DNA of 64,000 bases from Nannocystis bainbridge (GCF_028368995.1 NZ_JAQNDL010000003.1:1600001-1664000); one strand, 5' to 3'; positions 39,685 through 49,711 are shown, counted from the first letter of the stretch. Translations and numbers: made by a program. The notes: generated from the letters alone by a model not told the origin.

Positions 39685-39983
39685 ACCACCACCACCAAGA
39701 CATCCCCGCCCCGACCCTCGGCGCCGCGTCGCTCGTCCTGCTCGCCCTGCTGGCCCTGACCGCCGCCACCGTCGGCCTCGCGCTGCTCGAGCTCTCGCCG
39801 GCCGTGCACGTCGCCACCGCGATGACGATCGCCGCCCTCAAGGCGGCCCTCGTCGCCGCCGTGTTCATGCACCTGCCGCGCGAGGCCGCCGCGACCCGCC
39901 TGCTGGCGCTGGTCGCCGCGGCCCTGCTGGCGATCCTGCTGATGATGGTGACCGTCGACATCCGCCACCTGGGCGGCGGGTGA
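39681..39983 (+). CDS. coxD: Cytochrome c oxidase subunit IV
   Basis: Three TMs, IA..KA.LV..VFMHL; ATGA overlap with coxC. Confidence 0.88.
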   Translation: MNHHHQDIPAPTLGAASLVLLALLALTAATVGLALLELSPAVHVATAMTIAALKAALVAAVFMHLPREAAATRLLALVAAALLAILLMMVTVDIRHLGGG

Positions 39984-40044
39984 ACACCTGCACGATGTCG
40001 AACACGTCGATGAACGATTCGCCGTCTCGAGCTCGCGGTCGTCC

Positions 40045-40761
40045 TCAGCGCCCCGACTCCGCGAGCGTGAGCGCGAGCGCGTACAGGTCGTTATCCGACA
40101 GGGTTACGAACGACAACAGCTGCTGCAGCGCCTCCCCGCGGGTGAACCCGAGGACAGCCAGCGAACCCAGCACCGCGACCTCTGGACTCACCGTGAACAC
40201 CGAGAACGCGATGTAGATCCCCTCGATCGGCCCCTGCAGCTCGCGCAGGGTCAGCTCGTGGCGGTGTGCGTCGATCCACGCGACCACGCGACCCGGCACC
40301 TCGCGCAGCTGCGCCTCGTCCTGGCGCACCGCCTGGCCGATGAGGCGCGCCAGGTGCAGCTCGCCGTGGGTCAGCTCGCGGACCAGCTGGCGCTGGCGGC
40401 GGAGGCTCTCGTAGCTGTCGCGGACCACGTAGTCCGGGCTTCGCACCACCCGCTGCGGCAGCGCGTCCGTGCCGTCCACTGCCAGCGCCGGGACCCCGAA
40501 TTCCGCCGCCAGATCGACGATGTGCGGGCGCATCCGCGGCCGCTCGCCGATGAGCTCGACGAAAAATTCGCGGTCGATGAGGCCGTTCCGGCTCAGCACC
40601 GTGACGACCCCGTGCGACAGCAATTCGTGCGTGATGCCCTCGCCCGGCAATTGCGAAGTGACCCGCTTGCCGTACAAATTGGTGACGAAGCGGCGCAGCT
40701 CGGCGGAGTCCATCACCTCCTGGAACAGTCCTTCGAGGCGCTTCAACAGACTGGGTTGCAT
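40045..40761 (-). CDS. Hypothetical protein with a possible effector-associated-domain-like helical N-terminus
   Basis: N-terminal L..LF....ELRRFV.......QLPG.......V.VL.RNGLID.EFF..L..ERP pattern; coding-like codon usage. Confidence 0.55.
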   Translation of the reverse strand: MQPSLLKRLEGLFQEVMDSAELRRFVTNLYGKRVTSQLPGEGITHELLSHGVVTVLSRNGLIDREFFVELIGERPRMRPHIVDLAAEFGVPALAVDGTDALPQRVVRSPDYVVRDSYESLRRQRQLVRELTHGELHLARLIGQAVRQDEAQLREVPGRVVAWIDAHRHELTLRELQGPIEGIYIAFSVFTVSPEVAVLGSLAVLGFTRGEALQQLLSFVTLSDNDLYALALTLAESGR

Positions 40762-40838
40762 GAGTTCCTCCGCACCAAGGTGCGGACCGCCACCCGCGAC
40801 GATCACCTCGACCAATATCTTGGAGACGGCAGCCCCAG

Positions 40839-41957
40839 ATGACTCCCGCGGTGCGCCGCGCTATTCTGCGCCTCGTGCCGCGCCTCGCCAGCCTCGCCGC
40901 CCTCCTCGCCCTCGCCGCGTGCAACGGCGGCGGCGGCCAGGAGATGGTCTTCGGCACGAGCATCACCGCGACCCCGATGGGGACCACCTCGAGCGGCTCG
41001 AGCACCTCGACCTCGACCACCTCGGCCGAGTCCTCGACTTCGACGAGCGCCGACATCTCGAGCAGCTCCGCCAGCTCGACCGGCACCAGCGGCGCCATCC
41101 CCGACCTCGGCCTGATCCCCGACGGCGGCGACGGCCCGCCGCCCGGCTGCAAGGGCAAGGTCGACTTCCTGTTCACCATCAGCAGCCATCCGACGATGGA
41201 GATCAAGCAAGCGCGGCTGAAGGCCAGCTTCCCGGGCTTCATGGCCACCCTCGAGAGCGAGTTCGCGGACTTCGACTATCACATCCTCTCTTCCAACACG
41301 TCGGGCCTCTGGGGTTATCCGAGCTGTGTAGGCTGCCAGGACGTCTGCGCCGAACTGCCCGAGTACCCGTGCGGGACTTCGCCGGAGCCCTGCGACTCCA
41401 TCCGCGGCGCGGGCGTCACCTACCCGATCGGCAAGCACGCCAGCAACCAGCGCTGCGAGCTCGCCAGCGGCCTCCGCTACATCACCGCCGGTCAGCCGAT
41501 GATCGAGGATGCCTTCACCTGCATCGCGTCGATGGGCACCAACGGCGCCGACGGCGTCGCCGAGACCACCGTCCTCGCGCTCGCGGACGACCTCGACGCG
41601 CCCGGCGCCTGCAATGAAGGCTTCCTCCGCGAGGATGCGCTGCTCGTCGTCGTCGCCATCCAGGACACCTATGACCAGGGCAGCCAGGGCACCGCGGAGG
41701 ACTGGCGCGACGCGCTTGTCGAGGCGAAGGGCGGTGACGCCGACGCGGTGGTCCTGCTCGTGATCTCGACCGACAAGGACGAGCCTCAGGGACTGTGCGG
41801 ATACCATCCAGGCACTGAACACGAGCTCCGCACGTGGACCGAACTCATGCAGCCGAATGCCCTGTTCGGCTCGATCTGTGCCGAAGGTTACGACGACTAC
41901 TTCGCCACCGTGGCTAAGATGATCAAGTCGCAGTGTGACGTGTTCGTGCCCCAGTGA
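40839..41957 (+). CDS. Lipoprotein with Ser/Thr stalk and vWA-like Cys-rich domain (paralog 1)
   Basis: Lipobox LAAC, S/T stalk, GC.GKVDFLF.IS...TM...Q..L..SFPGF, CN.GFLR.DALLVVV.I.D. Confidence 0.8.
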   Translation: MTPAVRRAILRLVPRLASLAALLALAACNGGGGQEMVFGTSITATPMGTTSSGSSTSTSTTSAESSTSTSADISSSSASSTGTSGAIPDLGLIPDGGDGPPPGCKGKVDFLFTISSHPTMEIKQARLKASFPGFMATLESEFADFDYHILSSNTSGLWGYPSCVGCQDVCAELPEYPCGTSPEPCDSIRGAGVTYPIGKHASNQRCELASGLRYITAGQPMIEDAFTCIASMGTNGADGVAETTVLALADDLDAPGACNEGFLREDALLVVVAIQDTYDQGSQGTAEDWRDALVEAKGGDADAVVLLVISTDKDEPQGLCGYHPGTEHELRTWTELMQPNALFGSICAEGYDDYFATVAKMIKSQCDVFVPQ

Positions 41958-42033
41958 CAGCCAAGGGGCTGCTCGTCCTCCGGCCCACCAGTGGACGTGG
42001 GCTCACCAACACAATGGTATCGTGGCGTGGAGC

Positions 42034-43158
42034 ATGACACGTTCGGCGGGCTACGCTATCTTTCGCTTCATGCCGCGCCTCACCAGCCTCGCCGCCGTCC
42101 TGCTCGCTGCCGCGTGCAACGGGGGCGACGGCCAGGAGACGGTCTTCAGCACGAGCATCACCACGGCCCCGATGGGGAGCAGCTCGAGCACCTCGAGCAC
42201 CTCGACGTCGACAACCTCAAGCGAGGCTTCGACGTCAGCTAGCTCCGAGAACTCGACCAGTTCGACCAGCTCCACCTCGGGCTCGACCGGCGCCATCCCC
42301 GACCTCGGCCTGATCCCCGACGGCGGCGACGGCCCGCCTCCCGGCTGCAAGGGCAAGGTCGACCTCCTGTTCACCATCAGCAGCCATCCGACGATGGAGA
42401 TCAAGCAAGCGCGGCTCAAGGCCAGCTTCCCGGGCTTCATGGCCACCCTGGAGAGCGAGTTCGCGGACTTCGACTATCACATCCTCTCCTCGAACACGTC
42501 CGGCTTCTGGGGTTATCCGAGCTGCGTCGGCTGCCAGGACATCTGCGCCGACCTGCCCGAGTACCCGTGCGGGACCTCGCCGGAGCCCTGCGACTCCATC
42601 CGCGGCGCGGGCGTCACCTACCCGATCGGCAAGCACGCCAGCAACCAGCGCTGCGAGCTCGCCAGCGGCCTCCGCTACATCACCGCCGGCCAGCCCATGA
42701 CCGAGGACGCCTTCACCTGCATCGCCTCGATGGGCACCAACGGCGCTGACGGCGTCGCCGAGACCACCGTCCTCGCGCTCGCCGACGACCTCGACGCGCC
42801 CGGCGCCTGCAATGAAGGCTTCCTCCGCGACGACGCGCTGCTCGTCGTCGTCGCCATCCAGGACACCTACGATCCGTTCAGTGAGGGCACCGCGAAGGAC
42901 TGGCGCGACGCGCTCGTGGAAGCAAAGGGAGGTGACGCAGACGCGGTGGTCCTGCTCGTGATCTCGACCGACGTCGACGAGCCCGTGGGACTGTGCGGCT
43001 ACAAACCCAACAACTCCGAGCACAAACTCCGCACATGGACCGAACTCATGCAACCGAACGCCCTGTTCGGCTCGATCTGTGCCGAAGGTTACGACGACTA
43101 CTTCGCCACCGTGGCGAAGATGATCAAGTCGCAGTGTGACGTGTTCGTGCCTCAGTGA
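42034..43158 (+). CDS. Lipoprotein with Ser/Thr stalk and vWA-like Cys-rich domain (paralog 2)
   Basis: Near-identical tandem duplicate of 40839-41957; both end IKSQCDVFVPQ. Confidence 0.8.
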   Translation: MTRSAGYAIFRFMPRLTSLAAVLLAAACNGGDGQETVFSTSITTAPMGSSSSTSSTSTSTTSSEASTSASSENSTSSTSSTSGSTGAIPDLGLIPDGGDGPPPGCKGKVDLLFTISSHPTMEIKQARLKASFPGFMATLESEFADFDYHILSSNTSGFWGYPSCVGCQDICADLPEYPCGTSPEPCDSIRGAGVTYPIGKHASNQRCELASGLRYITAGQPMTEDAFTCIASMGTNGADGVAETTVLALADDLDAPGACNEGFLRDDALLVVVAIQDTYDPFSEGTAKDWRDALVEAKGGDADAVVLLVISTDVDEPVGLCGYKPNNSEHKLRTWTELMQPNALFGSICAEGYDDYFATVAKMIKSQCDVFVPQ

Positions 43159-43161
43159 CGG

Positions 43162-44829
43162 CTAAGGGTAGAGACGTAGAGCGAACGCCCGTGGCTGCAA
43201 GGCGTCGAACTCGCTGCCCGTGATGTACGCGTACCCCCACGCGTCGAGCGCCAGACCCGCGGCCTCGTCGGGCCCCTGGCCGGGACCATTACGGACGACC
43301 TCCCATGCCCTCGCGCCGAACGGTCCGGGCACTGCGAAGATCCAGGCGTTCGCGTCGGTCTTGGGCTGTTGCCGGGTCCCGGCGATGATGATCTTGCCCT
43401 CGCGGTCCTCGCCGAGCGCCAAGCCGACCGCCTCACTCGAGGGCGTCGGTTCGATGCGCATGGCGCCGGCTTCTCCTTGTGCCGAGAACCAGCGCGTCAC
43501 GACCTGACGGATCGATTCTTTGTTGCGACCCCATCCGGTCATCACGAAGCCGCCCGCACGCAGAGGGGCGATCGCCATCCCCGCGTCCTCGTCCAACAAT
43601 TCGCCCGTCGAAGTCCACTCTGCAACGGGAACGCCGTCGAGCGTGTAGTGCAGAACGGTCGCCCGTCGAACGGGGTCGTTTTCTGCGTTCGTGGTATCGC
43701 GCTCACCAACCACCACGACCTCGTCACCCACCACCGCGACTCCGCGCGCAACTTCATCCCGCTCGTTGAACTTGTCTTCTCCCGGCGGCGCCGCGAACGA
43801 ACTCGCGGAGATCACCTCGCCCGTCTCCGCCGACACCCACCACACCCAAAGGTCATGCGTGTTTGGCCCTTGCGCGACCGCCCCGCCCAGCACCAGTACA
43901 TCGCCCACCACCGCGATCGCGTTCACCGACGAATCGAGCGGCCCTGTCCACGTCTGCCCCTTCGCCTCCCCGAATTTCACCCACGACACTGCCCACCGCG
44001 TCGTCGCCTCTGCCGGCTCCGTCCACGCCACGAACACCTTCTCATCGCTCGCCGCCGCGATCGCCGGCCCGCGCCCCGCGCCCGTCACTGCCACCGCTCC
44101 GAGCAGCACCGGCGCGCCCTCCGGTTGGCCCGTCGTACCGTCGATCCGCACTGCCACCGCCTCGAGCCCGTCCTTCGTCTCGAAGAAGCCTGCTGCCCCG
44201 ATCCCGTTGCCCAGCAGGGCCGCCCCGCAGAACCCGTTGATCGGCCCCGCCTTCACGTACGGCGGCCACACGTCCGTGCCTCCGGGCTGCACATCGATCA
44301 GCAGCTCCTTCTCCGCCTCGCCGCTCCCCCCGTCGGCCGCGTGCACCACCGCCCGGATCGTGTGCGAGCCGTCGCCCGGCACCGCCTCCGAAGTCACCTC
44401 GAACACGTGCACCGGGCTCGCCGGCACCGCGGCGAGCACCAGCGCCACGTCATCATCGAACAGATCGATCGACGTCACCGGCCGCGACGTCCACACCGAC
44501 ACCTGCACCTCGCCGGCCGCGATCGTCGGCGACGGATCGAGGAACAGCTCGACCTCGACCGGCAGCGGCGCCTCACCGCTCGTCCCCGAACCGGTGCTCG
44601 AGCCCGGCTCCTCGACCGCCGTGGTGCCGGGGTTCTCGTCGGGTCCGGTCACTGTCTGGATCTCCCCGCCGCTGCTCGCCTCCTCACCGCCCGAAGATCC
44701 GGTCGTGCACGCATCGACCTCGGCGCAGCCCACAAGCGCCGGCCACGGCGCCGTGCAGGCGAGGTTCGACGCGAACGCGAGGGAGAGCGAAACGCGGAGA
44801 GCGGTGGACATCTGGGGCCTCGCGGGCAT
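43162..44829 (-). CDS. Hypothetical exported protein (Ig-like plus beta-propeller-like repeats)
   Basis: Lipobox-like SNLAC, low-complexity stalk, DG.HTIRAV Ig-like strand, repeated D.A.GVA/GLALD..G..YITG blades. Start uncertain (44811-44859). Confidence 0.7.
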   Translation of the reverse strand: MPARPQMSTALRVSLSLAFASNLACTAPWPALVGCAEVDACTTGSSGGEEASSGGEIQTVTGPDENPGTTAVEEPGSSTGSGTSGEAPLPVEVELFLDPSPTIAAGEVQVSVWTSRPVTSIDLFDDDVALVLAAVPASPVHVFEVTSEAVPGDGSHTIRAVVHAADGGSGEAEKELLIDVQPGGTDVWPPYVKAGPINGFCGAALLGNGIGAAGFFETKDGLEAVAVRIDGTTGQPEGAPVLLGAVAVTGAGRGPAIAAASDEKVFVAWTEPAEATTRWAVSWVKFGEAKGQTWTGPLDSSVNAIAVVGDVLVLGGAVAQGPNTHDLWVWWVSAETGEVISASSFAAPPGEDKFNERDEVARGVAVVGDEVVVVGERDTTNAENDPVRRATVLHYTLDGVPVAEWTSTGELLDEDAGMAIAPLRAGGFVMTGWGRNKESIRQVVTRWFSAQGEAGAMRIEPTPSSEAVGLALGEDREGKIIIAGTRQQPKTDANAWIFAVPGPFGARAWEVVRNGPGQGPDEAAGLALDAWGYAYITGSEFDALQPRAFALRLYP

Positions 44830-44833
44830 TGGC

Positions 44834-45829
44834 TCAAAATCGAGCACGGAAAGCAACACCGCCAGGAACGGGAATTACGGCCGTCTGCGACGCCCTCCGC
44901 GCCATGCGACGGCCGCCCACGGCCAGCAGCACCGCCCCCACCACCGTCGCCGCCCCGCCCGCCAGCGCGAGCACCAGCGTTGGCGTCCCCAGGCGCTCGT
45001 AGTCCCGCCGCAGCGCGGCGTCCTGCGCGAGTTGAGCGTCCGTTGCATGGCCATCGACCCGCTCGTGGAGCTCGCGCGCCTGTCGTCGAACCCCCAGCAT
45101 GCTCGCGCCGGTGTACGTCGCCACGCCCGCGAGCACGAGACCCAGCCCCAGAGTCACGCCACCGCCGACGATCAGCTCGCGATCATGATCGCGGCGCGAC
45201 GAAGCATCGGTCTCACGCGCAGGCTCGGCCCGCCGCGACTCCGCAGCGCGAGCCGTCCCGGCCCGCCGCGACACCGGGAGCAGCTCACCCACCGCTCGGC
45301 CCTCCGGCATCGGCTGCCTCCGCGCGACATTGTCCGCAGCCGCAGGCGAGCTCGCAGGGCTCGGAGGCGCATCCACGGCCCCCGTCACGGCCTCGGACGG
45401 CCCCTCTCCTCGCTGCACCTCGCCCCTGGCCACCAGCAGCGGCGGATCGGCCCGCGACGGCTTCACCGGCCGCTCGCAGCGCACCCCCGCCTTCTGCTCG
45501 CGCGCTCTCAGATCGCCCAGCGACCGCTCGATGCTCGCGCGCTGCTCCGGCGGCTGATCCTTGATCGCCACGCTCCGATCGTAGAGGCGACGCGCCGCGC
45601 ACAGGTGCTGCGGATCACCTGACCGATCGAACAGGGCCAGCCACGAGCGGTGCGCCACGCTCAGGTAGAGCGCCCGCTGGCCGTCGTTCTTCGCCTCCCT
45701 GGCGCGGCGCGTGAACAGCTCCGCCTTGCAGCGGTTGTCGGTGAGCTCGCACGCCTTCGCAGCGCCCGCGGGCGCCGACGCGGCTTCGAACGCGAGCAAG
45801 CCCGCGAGTGACCAGGACATCAGGTTCAT
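44834..45829 (-). CDS. Hypothetical exported/membrane protein (helical N-domain, C-terminal TM hairpin, terminal Phe)
   Basis: Signal peptide, HLC.AR..Y motif, Pro-rich linker, two hydrophobic helices, ends GVAFRARF. Overlaps the kinase stop. Confidence 0.7.
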   Translation of the reverse strand: MNLMSWSLAGLLAFEAASAPAGAAKACELTDNRCKAELFTRRAREAKNDGQRALYLSVAHRSWLALFDRSGDPQHLCAARRLYDRSVAIKDQPPEQRASIERSLGDLRAREQKAGVRCERPVKPSRADPPLLVARGEVQRGEGPSEAVTGAVDAPPSPASSPAAADNVARRQPMPEGRAVGELLPVSRRAGTARAAESRRAEPARETDASSRRDHDRELIVGGGVTLGLGLVLAGVATYTGASMLGVRRQARELHERVDGHATDAQLAQDAALRRDYERLGTPTLVLALAGGAATVVGAVLLAVGGRRMARRASQTAVIPVPGGVAFRARF

Positions 45830-48138
45830 GGCGTGTACTCCTCGGTGAACGTCTGCGCCTCCGTCGGCGCGAAGCGGATCGTCCGGACTGCCTCACGCAC
45901 GCAGCGCTCGCTCGCATCGTCGCTGCCGTGCGCCTGCACCCGCACGAACTCGCTGCGACCGGCCGCCGCCTCGAACTCGACCAGCAACAGCCCGCCCGCC
46001 AGCGCCGAGCAGCGCCGCAGCTCGGCCGTCGCCCGCGAGACCGCGTCACGCATCGTCGGCAGCGGCGGCGGCGGCGACGAGGCGGGCTCCACGACCTGCT
46101 CCGGCTCCTGGGCCTTGATCGGCTGCGGCGCCTCTACCGGCTGCGCGGCGGGCAGCGAGACAGGCAATGCAATCACCGGCGGCTCGCGCGTCGCCTGCCA
46201 CACCACCATTCCACCGAGCACCGCCCCGATCGCCGCGGCCACCGCCACTCGCCCCAACGCCCCGCCGAAGCCCCCACGCTCGGCCACCGGCGCGGCCACG
46301 GCGACCCGGTCATCGTGCGCGTCGGCCCTCTCGCTCTCCCCCACCGCCTCGTCACATGTCTCTTCGGCCATCTCGTCGGCGGCCGCCTCCAGCTTGGCCA
46401 GCAACCCGCGCATGTCGACTCGCGCGCCCGGCTCGTCCGCGAGCGTGTTCAGTAGCGCGTTCGCCAGCGCGGGCGGGCACGCCGGCACGTGCGAGCGCGG
46501 CGACACCAGCTCCCCGCGCTCGTCTCGGATCGGCCGCCGCCCCGTGAGCAGCTGGTACAGCAGCAGCCCGAGCGAGTACACGTCGCTCTTCGCGGTCCAG
46601 CCCTTGCCCGCGCGGGCCTCGGGCGCCGTCCAGTCGAGCCGCTCGAGCCCGCCGGTCCCCAGCTTCACCCGCGCCTCCGGCGGCGTCGGGTAGCGCTGCT
46701 CGAACGCCGCGTAGAACTTCGCCTCGAGCTCGACCATCCCGCAGTCGATCAGCGCCGCCTTCGGCTCACCCGACAGATCGATCAGCACGTTGTGCCCGTG
46801 CACGTCGCGGTGCACGACGCCGTGCGCGTGCAGGGCCGCCAGCGCGCCCGCCAGTTGCTGGCCGACCGTGAGCACCTGCCCGGGCTCCAGCTTGCCGCCG
46901 AGGTAGATGCTGCGCGCCGAGACGCCGCGCATCAGCGACATGGCGATGTAAGGCCGCCTGCGCGTCATCGCCGTGCGACAGTCGTGCAGCTCCGGCAGCG
47001 CGGGATGACGGACCGCTCGCAGCGCCCGCGCCTCCCGGGCGAAGCGCACCCGCTCCTCGGGCTCCTGGCTCGCTCGCTCGCGCAAGATCTTGAGCGCCAC
47101 GTAGCGCATCGCGTCGCGGTGATACGCCCGATGCACCTCCGCCTTCGCGCCGGCCCCCAGCAGCTCGATCAGCTCGTAGCAGCCCTCGAACAGGAACGGC
47201 GAATCATCCTCGACATGCTCGACCCGCACCCGCTCCAAGCGACGCTGAAACTCCGCGACCGTGGCGAGCCGATCCTCCGGCGCTGGCGCGAGCGCGTCGG
47301 CGACCAGCCTCTCGAGCTCGGGCGGGACGCCGCTGCCGGGCCGGGCCTCGCCCATCGGCCGATAATCCCCTGGATCCGGCAGACGGCCGGTGCAGAGCAG
47401 ATAGATCGTCGCGCCGAGCCCGAACACGTCGAACCTCGGGTTCGGACGCTCGAGCGGCGCCTCGGGCGGATAGAAGCCGTCGGTCCCGAGCACCTTGCCG
47501 ACGTCCGTCTGGTGCCGCGGCGGCACCCCGGCCGAGCTCTGCACGCGCTGCCACGCGTCGACCTTGGCGATCCCCAGATCGATCAACTTCACGAAGGGCC
47601 GGCTGGTCGCGCTGCCGACCACGACGATGTTGCTCGGCTTCACGTCACGATGGACCACACCGACGTGATGCAGCGCCTCGAGCGCGGCCGCGACCTGGGC
47701 GACCATCTCCACCACCTCGAGCCACGGCAACGGCCCCTCTCGCACCAGCCGCTCGTCGAGGTTCTGCCCCGGCAACCGCTCGAGCACCATGAACGGCGCG
47801 CCGCTGTCGGTCTCGCCGACCGCGAGGACCTGCACGAGGTGTGGGTGCCGTAGGTGCGTGAGGATCCGTCCCTCGTCGACGAAGCGACGCCGAGCGTCCT
47901 CGTCCGCGACCATGAGGATCTTGACCGCGGCGTTGAGGTTCTTGCACGCCCACACGCACGACATGCCGCCGGAGCCGAGCAGCTCGCCCAGCTCGAAGTA
48001 CCCGCCGACAACTCGCGCGCCAGCGGCTGCGCGGAGGCCGGCGGGGCCATCCCCCGTGGGCGTGACATCGTCCTCGCCAGCGACGGCGAACAGAGTCCAG
48101 CCTCGGACATTGGGACGCGGCGGTGCAGGACCCTTCAT
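45826..48138 (-). CDS. Membrane Ser/Thr protein kinase with two tandem kinase domains
   Basis: Domain 1: LGSGGM, AVKIL, HRDVKPSN, DLGIA, PPE. Domain 2: LGAGAK, VALKIL, HRDVHGHN, DCG, APE, SDVYSLG. A TM and a small C-terminal domain follow. Confidence 0.92.
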   Translation of the reverse strand: MKGPAPPRPNVRGWTLFAVAGEDDVTPTGDGPAGLRAAAGARVVGGYFELGELLGSGGMSCVWACKNLNAAVKILMVADEDARRRFVDEGRILTHLRHPHLVQVLAVGETDSGAPFMVLERLPGQNLDERLVREGPLPWLEVVEMVAQVAAALEALHHVGVVHRDVKPSNIVVVGSATSRPFVKLIDLGIAKVDAWQRVQSSAGVPPRHQTDVGKVLGTDGFYPPEAPLERPNPRFDVFGLGATIYLLCTGRLPDPGDYRPMGEARPGSGVPPELERLVADALAPAPEDRLATVAEFQRRLERVRVEHVEDDSPFLFEGCYELIELLGAGAKAEVHRAYHRDAMRYVALKILRERASQEPEERVRFAREARALRAVRHPALPELHDCRTAMTRRRPYIAMSLMRGVSARSIYLGGKLEPGQVLTVGQQLAGALAALHAHGVVHRDVHGHNVLIDLSGEPKAALIDCGMVELEAKFYAAFEQRYPTPPEARVKLGTGGLERLDWTAPEARAGKGWTAKSDVYSLGLLLYQLLTGRRPIRDERGELVSPRSHVPACPPALANALLNTLADEPGARVDMRGLLAKLEAAADEMAEETCDEAVGESERADAHDDRVAVAAPVAERGGFGGALGRVAVAAAIGAVLGGMVVWQATREPPVIALPVSLPAAQPVEAPQPIKAQEPEQVVEPASSPPPPLPTMRDAVSRATAELRRCSALAGGLLLVEFEAAAGRSEFVRVQAHGSDDASERCVREAVRTIRFAPTEAQTFTEEYTP

Positions 48139-48292
48139 TCCGGGTCAGGGTGCCACACGCGCCTCATCGCCAGTCAGGCCCTCACGTTCCGGCGTGTCGA
48201 CAGATGCGCCGCGACGCAATCACGTAGCGCACCACCAACAATATAGCGAGTCCGTGCCGCGTCGCCGCCACCGCGACGCAGCACTCGCGCGC

Positions 48293-48865
48293 TCACTCGG
48301 CGACGGTCACCTCGTAGCTCGTGAACGACGGCACCGTCCCGCAGTCGGGGTTGTCCAGCATCGGCCCTGCCTCGAGGTCGAACTGGAAGCTCCCCGCCTC
48401 CGTCGGCGTCCCGGCGAGGATGCCCGACTCCACCGTGAACTCGAGCCCTGGCGGCAGCGTGCCCGTCAGCGTCCAGGCCGTGTTGTCCTCGAGCCCCGGC
48501 ACCACGAACGCGATCTCGACCGCCGTCCCGACCGTCAGCGGCTCGATCTCACCCGGCTCGATCGGCGGCAGGAAGTTCTCGCAGTCCACCCCCGTCGTCG
48601 TCGTCAGCGGCGGATCCTCGGTCGTGCTGGCATCCTCCGTCGTCGCGCTCTCGGTCGTGCTCTCGGTCGTCTCGCCGGTGCTCGTGGGCTCGCCGGTGCT
48701 CGTGGGCCCGCTCGTGCCGGTCGGTTCGTCCGTCGTCCCGGTGCTCGTGCCGGTGGTCGAGTCGGAGTCCGTCTCGCCGCTTTCGGGCTTGCAGGCGACC
48801 AGCGCCAGACCCAGCAGCCATGCGCTCGCCCGCGGGTTTGCGAAGTTCAAGGAAATTCGAAGCAT
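48293..48865 (-). CDS. Lipoprotein with Thr-rich stalk and putative Ig (He_PIG-like) domain
   Basis: Lipobox LVAC; W.L.GTLPPGL......G.L.GTPT.AGSF.F motif. Confidence 0.8.
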   Translation of the reverse strand: MLRISLNFANPRASAWLLGLALVACKPESGETDSDSTTGTSTGTTDEPTGTSGPTSTGEPTSTGETTESTTESATTEDASTTEDPPLTTTTGVDCENFLPPIEPGEIEPLTVGTAVEIAFVVPGLEDNTAWTLTGTLPPGLEFTVESGILAGTPTEAGSFQFDLEAGPMLDNPDCGTVPSFTSYEVTVAE

Positions 48866-48996
48866 GCGGAGCGTCTAGCACGTGCGCACCGGAGCGTCGA
48901 GCCGCACCCGTTCCCGGGCGCGCCGTCCTCGGTGAACGCCCCCCATGTTCACCGCGACCGCGCAAACGCGGCGCGAGCGAGCGCTGTGGTCACGCG

Positions 48997-49680
48997 CTAT
49001 CGCTGCTGCTTCTTCGTCGAATTGCGCACGACCTCGCCGTCATGCACGACACCGCTGTCACGCAGCAGCGCCGACTTCAGCATCCCTGCCAACCATTGCT
49101 CGTAGCGCTCCCCCGGCCAGCCGCGCCCCGATACCAGCAGGCGGAACAGCTCCCGATTGGTCATCGCCCACAGCACGTCGCGCGCCGCTTCGACGTCGAG
49201 GTCCTCGCGCAGCTGCCCCGCGCTCGCCATCGCCTCGACCAGCCCGCGTTGTGCCTCGCGGCGACCGAGCTCGCCCTCGCGCTCGAGCGCCGCCAGCTCG
49301 GGCGCCACCACACCGACCCCGCGCAACAGCTCGAGCTCGACGCGCTCGCCCTCGTAGACCGTCCTCGCGACCTTCGCCGCCAGCGCCAATCGCTGCACCG
49401 GATCGTCGGTCGCCAGGGCGGCCGTCACCGCCGTCTCGTACGCCTCTCCGAACCGCGCCTGGTGGATCAGCTCCGCCACGATCCCGCGCTTCGATCCGTA
49501 CGCCGCGTACACCGTCGGCGCCGCCACCCCCGCCGCGCGGGCGATCGCGTCGATCGTCGTGTCTTCATAACCGTGCGTCCCCAGCAGCGTGCGCGCCGCG
49601 GCCAGGATCTGCTGCCGCGTCGCGTCGGCCTGGCGACGGCGCGCGGGCGAGTGATACGGGCGGGCTTCGGGCTTGGCCAT
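48997..49680 (-). CDS. TetR/AcrR family transcriptional regulator
   Basis: Y.SPARRRQA.ATR..IL.AAR.L....GY..TTI..IA..AGVA.PTVY..YGSK. Confidence 0.92.
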   Translation of the reverse strand: MAKPEARPYHSPARRRQADATRQQILAAARTLLGTHGYEDTTIDAIARAAGVAAPTVYAAYGSKRGIVAELIHQARFGEAYETAVTAALATDDPVQRLALAAKVARTVYEGERVELELLRGVGVVAPELAALEREGELGRREAQRGLVEAMASAGQLREDLDVEAARDVLWAMTNRELFRLLVSGRGWPGERYEQWLAGMLKSALLRDSGVVHDGEVVRNSTKKQQR

Positions 49681-49711
49681 CGCGGGCGCGCACCATACCG
49701 CAGCCGCGGCG

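Noticed and set aside
40839-43158. Diversity-generating retroelement TR/VR pair
   Set aside because: No reverse transcriptase in the window, both copies are full genes, and the differences include an indel and are not adenine-specific.
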